A DNA stretch of 64,000 nt. Source: an uncultured Anaerolineales bacterium. Its GTDB lineage: Bacteria > Chloroflexota > Anaerolineae > Anaerolineales > UBA11858. Of this stretch, positions 35,062-40,653 are shown one piece after another. A model generated the notes under the pieces. The model searched no databases and was not told the origin of the DNA. It saw only the letters and a program-made list of their open reading frames with translations. How positions within the stretch are numbered: the first letter of the stretch is position 1; each line of letters begins with the position of its first letter. A program made the translations under genes and the position numbers. The stretch spans positions 5,059-69,058 of the forward strand of contig CAYVQU010000006.1 in assembly GCA_964453155.1 (NCBI GenBank), in the 5' to 3' direction.

Positions 35062-36552
35062 ATGAAAAGAATCACAATTGATCCCATCACCCGCCTGGAA
35101 GGTCATGGCAAGATCGAAATTTTCCTCGACGATGATGGAAACGTCGAAAATGCTTACCTCCAAATCCCCGAGCTGCGTGGTTTTGAGCAATTCTCCGTCG
35201 GCCGCCCTGCGGAAGAGATGCCCCGGATCACCAACCGCATCTGCGGCGTCTGCCCGGAAGCCCACCACATGGCCGGGACCAAGGCGCTAGATGCCCTCTT
35301 CCACGTTGATCCCCCCTCGGTGACCAAGAAGATCCGTGAGATGTTCTACAACTCGTTCTACTGCACTGACCATGCCGTCCACTTCTACGCCCTCGGCGGC
35401 CCTGACTTCGTCATTGGCCCCGATGGACCTCCCGCTGAACGCAACATTCTCGGCGTGATCCATAAAGTTGGCGTTGATGTTGGGAAGCAGGTCATTCAAC
35501 ACCGCAAACGCAACCACGAAGTCATCCAGTGGTTGGGCGGGCGCGGCATTCACCCCGTCGCCGGGCTCCCTGGCGGCTGGAGTGTGCCCTGCACCGAAGA
35601 ACTCCGCAAAGAAATCGAGGCGATTGCTCGCCAAAACATCGATTTCGCAGAGTTCAGCCTACAAGTTTTTGCCGACATCGTGCTGGCCAATCAGGCCTAT
35701 GTTGACCTGATCGTCTCCGACACTTTCTCCCACTCAACTTACTCGATGGGGACCGTGGACGAGAACAATTTCGTCAACTTCTATGACGGCAAGATCCGCG
35801 TTGTGGACCCCGAAGGCGGCGAATTTGCCAAGTACGATGCCAAGGACTACGCCGATCACGTCGCTGAGCGCGTTGAACCCTGGTCGTACCTCAAGTTCCC
35901 CTATCTCAAGAATGTCGGTTGGAAAGGCTTCACCGACGGCATGGACAGTGGCGTGTATACTGCCACTCCGCTCTCCCGCCTGAATGCAGCCGACGGTATG
36001 GCCACCCCCAAAGCTCAAGAGCACTACGAGCAGATGTACGAGACCCTGGGCGCCGAGAAAGTCGATGGGAAATACAAACCCGTCCACATGCGCTTGGCCA
36101 CCCACTGGGCCCGCCTGATCGAAATGCTCTACGCCGCCGAGCGGATGCTCGAACTGGCCACCGACCCCGAGATCACCGATCCCAACGTGCGCGCCCCGAT
36201 CACCGAGACGCCCACCGATGGTGTTGGCTGCGTGGAAGCCCCCCGTGGGACTCTCACGCACCACTACACCACCGATGAGAACGGGATCCTGACCAAGGTC
36301 AACCTGATCGTCGGTACCACCAACAACAACGCCCCCATGGCGATGTCGATCAAAAAGGCTGCTCAGGGCCTGATCACCAAGGGCACCGAAGTGACCGAAG
36401 GTCTGCTCAACACCGTTGAAATGGCTTTCCGCAACTACGACCCCTGCATGTCCTGTGCAACCCACTCCCTACCCGGCCAGATGCCGCTCGAAATCACGAT
36501 CCGTGATAAAGAGGGTAATGAGCTGAGTAGAGGCAGTCAGTACACCGACTAA
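35062..36552 (+). CDS. mvhA: [NiFe] hydrogenase large subunit (MvhA-like, group 3c-like)
   Basis: RLEGHGKIEIF; L1 motif is RICGVCPEAHH; C-terminal motif is DPCMSCATH, followed by a 27-aa extension that a maturation protease would cleave. Confidence 0.9.
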   Translation: MKRITIDPITRLEGHGKIEIFLDDDGNVENAYLQIPELRGFEQFSVGRPAEEMPRITNRICGVCPEAHHMAGTKALDALFHVDPPSVTKKIREMFYNSFYCTDHAVHFYALGGPDFVIGPDGPPAERNILGVIHKVGVDVGKQVIQHRKRNHEVIQWLGGRGIHPVAGLPGGWSVPCTEELRKEIEAIARQNIDFAEFSLQVFADIVLANQAYVDLIVSDTFSHSTYSMGTVDENNFVNFYDGKIRVVDPEGGEFAKYDAKDYADHVAERVEPWSYLKFPYLKNVGWKGFTDGMDSGVYTATPLSRLNAADGMATPKAQEHYEQMYETLGAEKVDGKYKPVHMRLATHWARLIEMLYAAERMLELATDPEITDPNVRAPITETPTDGVGCVEAPRGTLTHHYTTDENGILTKVNLIVGTTNNNAPMAMSIKKAAQGLITKGTEVTEGLLNTVEMAFRNYDPCMSCATHSLPGQMPLEITIRDKEGNELSRGSQYTD

Positions 36553-36662
36553 GTGTTTGGCGGTTTGAAGCTGACCTCAAAGTCAGCATGAACTACCACC
36601 AACCCTAAGCAGATTTCGGTTTGAACGAGGCTTTAAGGGCCAAAGTTTTTTCCGAAATCTGC
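36551..36662 (+). repeat. Dual-hairpin element family 1, copy A
   Basis: (T)AAGTGTTTGGCGGTTTGAAG..ACCACCAACCCTAAGCAGATTTCGGTTTGAAC..TTTCCGAAATCTGC. Starts at the mvhA stop codon. Hairpin 2 is 11 bp perfect. Confidence 0.85.
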
Positions 36663-36685
36663 GTCCTAAGGGACAGAAAGACCAC

Positions 36686-36728
36686 AACCGAGTGCTGGGT
36701 GGGACCACTCATCACTCGGTTTTTTTTG
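36686..36728 (+). terminator. Intrinsic terminator after mvhA and repeat copy A
   Basis: AACCGAGTG ... CACTCGGTT followed by TTTTTTTT. Confidence 0.8.
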
Positions 36729-36733
36729 TCTAT

Positions 36734-36750
36734 TGTTATAAGATAACAAG
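36734..36750. promoter_or_regulatory. 17-bp palindrome upstream of the hydrogenase protease gene
   Basis: TTGTTAT-AAG-ATAACAA, 64 nt upstream of the ATG at 36814. Confidence 0.4.
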
Positions 36751-36813
36751 AAGCCTGGAGCAATTTTCATGGCTTCCTTATAGAAAATTTACGATTCATC
36801 GAGATTTCAATTA

Positions 36814-37305
36814 ATGGAAAAAATTATTGTTATTGGTTTAGGTAACCCCATTCTGACAGATGATGGTGTTGGAGTGAAGGTCGCCTATGAAGTTGAGAAA
36901 GCATTGGGGGATAAAATCCCGGAGAATGTGACGATCACCGAGGCCAGTGTTGGCGGACTGCGGTTGATGGAATTACTGGAAGGTTATGACCGGGTCATTT
37001 TGATTGATGCCCTGCTAACAGACAATGATTGTCCTCCCGGAACAATCCACCTGATGTCATTGGAAGATTTGCAGAATATCAGCCACACCCAACATAGTGC
37101 TTCCGCTCATGATACCTCCTTGGTGACTGCACTGGAAGCGGGGGTAGAAATTGGACTGCATCTCCCGAAGGAATTTTCCATCTACGCGGTGGATGTGGAG
37201 AATATCCTGGATTTCAGCAATGATCCCACTCCCGGAGTGGCTGCGGCAATTCCCAAAGTCACTGAAATGGTTTTAGCTGAATTGACCGAACTCACCCAAG
37301 TTTGA
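36814..37305 (+). CDS. Hydrogenase maturation endopeptidase (HycI/HoxW/FrhD family)
   Basis: IIVIGLGNPILTDDGVGVKVA ... ILIDAL ... HTQHSASAHD. Confidence 0.85.
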   Translation: MEKIIVIGLGNPILTDDGVGVKVAYEVEKALGDKIPENVTITEASVGGLRLMELLEGYDRVILIDALLTDNDCPPGTIHLMSLEDLQNISHTQHSASAHDTSLVTALEAGVEIGLHLPKEFSIYAVDVENILDFSNDPTPGVAAAIPKVTEMVLAELTELTQV

Positions 37306-37335
37306 GCTCTCCAAGCGTTTAAATTGCCCGAAAAG

Positions 37336-37380
37336 TTGATTTTGACTGGCAACATTCGCTATAATGGTATTAGCGAATGT
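37336..37380 (+). promoter_or_regulatory. Promoter (TTGATT-18-TATAAT) overlapped by a 10-bp inverted repeat upstream of the cNMP-domain gene pair
   Basis: TTGATT at 37336-37341 and TATAAT at 37360-37365. ACATTCGCTA (37352-37361) and TAGCGAATGT (37371-37380) are the repeat arms. Confidence 0.5.
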
Positions 37381-37472
37381 CAATTGAGCTGTTAATTTTC
37401 TGTCATAACGCGAATTGATCACTGAAAACTGAATACCTCGCTGCTGATCCAGTGGTCGCCCGAGGAGGTGCC

Positions 37473-37958
37473 ATGTTCTCTTCCGAGAAACTACAGCAAA
37501 TTCCTTATTTTTCAAAATTGAATGAGGAGCAAGTTGAATGTTTGCTGGGGGCTTCCTTGCTGCGCACTGCGAACCGCGGCGAATTTTTATTTCACCGCGG
37601 AGATTTTCTCCACCATTTTTATCTGGTCGAAACAGGGGAATTCGAAATTATTTTTGAATCGCCAAAACTTTCAGTTGAATATGAAAGCCACGGTCAACCG
37701 AGTCAACTTGAGACCGAACAGGTGAGGTTATCTCGAGTCGCACCCGGGCAAATTATGGGCTGGTCGGGATTGGTGCCACCACACCAGGCCACTTCAGGGG
37801 GCAGGGCGCTCCAAACCAGCAAAATAATCGCGTTTGACTGTCAAAAATTGCTCCAATATTTTGAGCAAGACTGCAATTTTGGCTTCCTAATGATGCAAAC
37901 AGCTGCTCTCGTAATTGGGCTGCGGCTCCAGGATATTTATAAAGGCGGTGCCGAATGA
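37473..37958 (+). CDS. cNMP-binding-domain-only protein (no HTH), paralog 1
   Basis: IPYFSKLNEEQVECLL...GEFLFHRGD...FYLVETGEFEI is the cNMP beta-barrel. The phosphate-binding cassette is replaced by GQIMGWSGLVPPHQATSG. ATG at 37473 with a GAGGAGG RBS. Confidence 0.75.
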   Translation: MFSSEKLQQIPYFSKLNEEQVECLLGASLLRTANRGEFLFHRGDFLHHFYLVETGEFEIIFESPKLSVEYESHGQPSQLETEQVRLSRVAPGQIMGWSGLVPPHQATSGGRALQTSKIIAFDCQKLLQYFEQDCNFGFLMMQTAALVIGLRLQDIYKGGAE

Positions 37959-38404
37959 TTACGCCCGAACTGATCAATCGCTATCCTTTTTTCGCAGACC
38001 TAGAACTCCATCAACTCGAGGCCTTGGCTCGAGTTGCAGAGGGGATTACGGCTGAAACCGGAGAAATGATCTTCAAAGAGGGGACTGAACTGCGGTATTT
38101 CTACATTGTGGTGGAAGGTGCGGTGGGGATTGTGCTCGAAAAAGAGGGGAAACCAGATACGGTCATCAGCGCAGTCGGACCCGGGCATGTCTTTGCCTGG
38201 TCAGCGTTGGTCCCACCCCATCTAGCAACTGCCAGTGCCAAAGCATTAACCCCGTGTTGGTTAATCACGTTTGACCGTAAAAAACTCATCCATGAATTCC
38301 AGAAAGACTGCCGCTTTGGCTACCGGATGATGGAAAAAATCGTCCAAATCAGTCGTGACCGGCTGTTGGATGCCCGGTTGGAGTCGCTGGTTTTCATGGC
38401 GTAA
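37955..38404 (+). CDS. cNMP-binding-domain-only protein (no HTH), paralog 2
   Basis: YPFFADLELHQLEAL...GEMIFKEGT...FYIVVEGAVGI with GHVFAWSALVPPHLATAS. Overlaps paralog 1 by 4 nt (ATGA). Confidence 0.75.
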   Translation: MITPELINRYPFFADLELHQLEALARVAEGITAETGEMIFKEGTELRYFYIVVEGAVGIVLEKEGKPDTVISAVGPGHVFAWSALVPPHLATASAKALTPCWLITFDRKKLIHEFQKDCRFGYRMMEKIVQISRDRLLDARLESLVFMA

Positions 38405-38633
38405 CTTCAAACCGCATCATTTGAATGTGGGTTAATCTAACCAAATTTGGTAATCCTCGGTTCTCTAATGAATGGGGATTAAATGACATGATCTATAAAA
38501 AATTCAGAAGGGTGGCATTTGTTTCTGTTTAAACACGAGAAATGAAAATTTTTTTCCGAAAAAACCATCAAACTCAATAACTAGTTCAGTTTTCGCAATC
38601 AATCAGGCTTCCCAATTGAATACTAATGACATT

Positions 38634-38656
38634 TATCGTCATGAATTATGACGATA
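38634..38656. promoter_or_regulatory. 9-bp-arm inverted repeat in the AT-rich region upstream of the cyt b operon
   Basis: TATCGTCAT-GAATT-ATGACGATA. A further ATGAC half-site lies just upstream (38627-38631). Confidence 0.4.
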
Positions 38657-38724
38657 TTTTATTGGAATTAGAATATCATTAAATTGAATAAATAGTTTTT
38701 GTTTCTGCTTTTAGGAGCGTTTTT

Positions 38725-39741
38725 ATGAAAAATCTCCCCCGCCGAATAATTATTATCGGCATATTTTTCGTCATTTTGGCGGCCTGGGCCGGATTCACAT
38801 CGCGACAGGTTACCGCCAGCGAAAAACCACTACCACCCGATCACCCGGAATGGGCTGCGGCAGATTTAACCACAGACACCCTGGAATCCGCCGTTGCGCT
38901 CCCAGCCGCAGCACTACCCCCTCCCGCGAAACAAGATCCCTGTCTGCACTGCCACATCAAAGGGGAAGAAACCGGCATGTGGACGCCCCTGGCCCGGTGG
39001 GTGGTTTTCCTAACCATGGTGGGTGTTTTTGGGTTTGGCATTCTCCGCACATCCAGTGCCTTCCGCAAACGGATGCCGTGGAAACCGATTCCAGAACGAG
39101 TCGGTGATTGGTTAGAAGAACGGCTCCAATATAAAGAACCCCTATCCAAGGTTTTGGATAAACCTGTCCCCGAGTGGCAGCGGCGGTGGTGGTACTGTTT
39201 GGGCGGTCTGACATTTTTCTTCTTCGTCGTTCAAGGGATTACGGGAATTATGTTGGCGTTCTACTATAAACCTACGCCCGAAGCCGCCTATGCCAGCATT
39301 CAGTTCATCGAAACTCAGGTTTATTTTGGCCGGGCTATCCGCATGATCCATCACTGGTCGGCGAATGGGATGGTTTTGATGTGTTTTGCCCATATGCTGC
39401 GAGTGTTCATCACGGGAGCTTACAAAAATCCCCGCGAACTTAACTGGGTAACCGGTGTGACACTGTTTGTGATGACATTGGCCTTTGGCTTTACCGGCTA
39501 CCTGCTCCCTTGGGATCAACGGGCCTATTGGGCCACCACTGTCGGCTCAGAAATTGCAGGTGGAATTCCAGTGATCGGCAATCTGGCCCTGGTCTTCCTG
39601 CGAGTTGGTTGGGATATCACTGCCCTGACCCTGAGTCGGTTTTATGCCCTCCATGTCCTGATCATCCCACTGATCACCGTAGCCATGATGGGGGCTCATT
39701 TCATCATGATCCGACGACAAGGAATTATGAAACCGCTATAA
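38725..39741 (+). CDS. Cytochrome b6-type subunit of a Rieske/cyt b complex with N-terminal TM anchor and CxxCH heme-c motif
   Basis: CLHCH at codons 73-77 (38941-38955) lies between two TM helices. The cyt b core is RWWYCLGG, IRMIHHWSANGM, FAHMLRVF, GYLLPWDQ, FYALHVLIIP. Confidence 0.85.
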   Translation: MKNLPRRIIIIGIFFVILAAWAGFTSRQVTASEKPLPPDHPEWAAADLTTDTLESAVALPAAALPPPAKQDPCLHCHIKGEETGMWTPLARWVVFLTMVGVFGFGILRTSSAFRKRMPWKPIPERVGDWLEERLQYKEPLSKVLDKPVPEWQRRWWYCLGGLTFFFFVVQGITGIMLAFYYKPTPEAAYASIQFIETQVYFGRAIRMIHHWSANGMVLMCFAHMLRVFITGAYKNPRELNWVTGVTLFVMTLAFGFTGYLLPWDQRAYWATTVGSEIAGGIPVIGNLALVFLRVGWDITALTLSRFYALHVLIIPLITVAMMGAHFIMIRRQGIMKPL

Positions 39742-39805
39742 AGGTGGCTGGATAATTAGATACCCGTTATCTGGTAACTATTCACCTACTCCGCAGGAGT
39801 TTTCT

Positions 39806-40210
39806 ATGACTGAAGAAAAATCACATTTAGACGAACGCACGGTCCCCTTCTGGCCCGATCACCTGCTCTATGAGGCCAAAGTGGCACTGTGGTTTGGGAT
39901 TGGATTGATCATTATCGGTATCGTAGGGTTGTTTATCCCGGTAGGCTTAGGTGATCCTGCTGATCCAATAGTTACGCCCGAACACACCAAGCCGGAGTGG
40001 TATTTTCTGGCATTGTTCCAATTATTAAAGTATTTACCTAAAACGATTGGAGCGGTCTTACCCGTCTTATTGGTCTTATTGGTGACGTTTTGGCCGTTTT
40101 TGGATAACAAACAGGACCGATCCAAGCTGACTACACGCAACCGATTAATCGCTACGGCGGTAATGGTAGTCATAATCATTATTTTGACAATTCTTGGGGA
40201 GGTGACCTGA
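39806..40210 (+). CDS. Cytochrome b C-terminal domain / subunit IV (PetD-like)
   Basis: TPEHTKPEWYFLALFQLLKYLP contains the PEWY Qo motif. 134 aa, 3 TM. Confidence 0.85.
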   Translation: MTEEKSHLDERTVPFWPDHLLYEAKVALWFGIGLIIIGIVGLFIPVGLGDPADPIVTPEHTKPEWYFLALFQLLKYLPKTIGAVLPVLLVLLVTFWPFLDNKQDRSKLTTRNRLIATAVMVVIIIILTILGEVT

Positions 40211-40653
40211 TGGCTAAAAAATTCACCCGCCGCGAATTCTTGAAACTCACTAATCGGATTTTAGCCGCGACTGGTCTAACAGCCCTCCTCGGTCCCGTAG
40301 TAGCCTACTTTTATCCCCCTAATTTGGAGGAAACGCCCTCCGATCCAGTTTTGGTCGCCCCAGAAAACGAGTTAGCGGTGGGAGAAAGCAAAACCGTAAA
40401 ATTTGGGCGCTATCCAGCCATCGTAATCAATACTGACGGGGGCCTAAAAGCATATTCGGCGGTTTGCACGCACTTTGCCTGCATCGTGATGTGGGAACCG
40501 GAGGAAAATTGGATCGCCTGTCCTTGTCACGCTGGATTTTTTAATGTGGATAATGGATCAGTCATCTCCGGTCCCCCTCCGACGGGACTGGCTCATCTCG
40601 AAACCGAAATCGTTGACGGCAATATTTATGTGAAAGCGGGAGGTGAGGCGTGA
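40210..40653 (+). CDS. Rieske [2Fe-2S] protein with Tat signal
   Basis: FTRREFLKL, CTHFACIV and CPCHAGFF boxes. The start overlaps the subunit IV stop. Confidence 0.9.
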   Translation: MAKKFTRREFLKLTNRILAATGLTALLGPVVAYFYPPNLEETPSDPVLVAPENELAVGESKTVKFGRYPAIVINTDGGLKAYSAVCTHFACIVMWEPEENWIACPCHAGFFNVDNGSVISGPPPTGLAHLETEIVDGNIYVKAGGEA

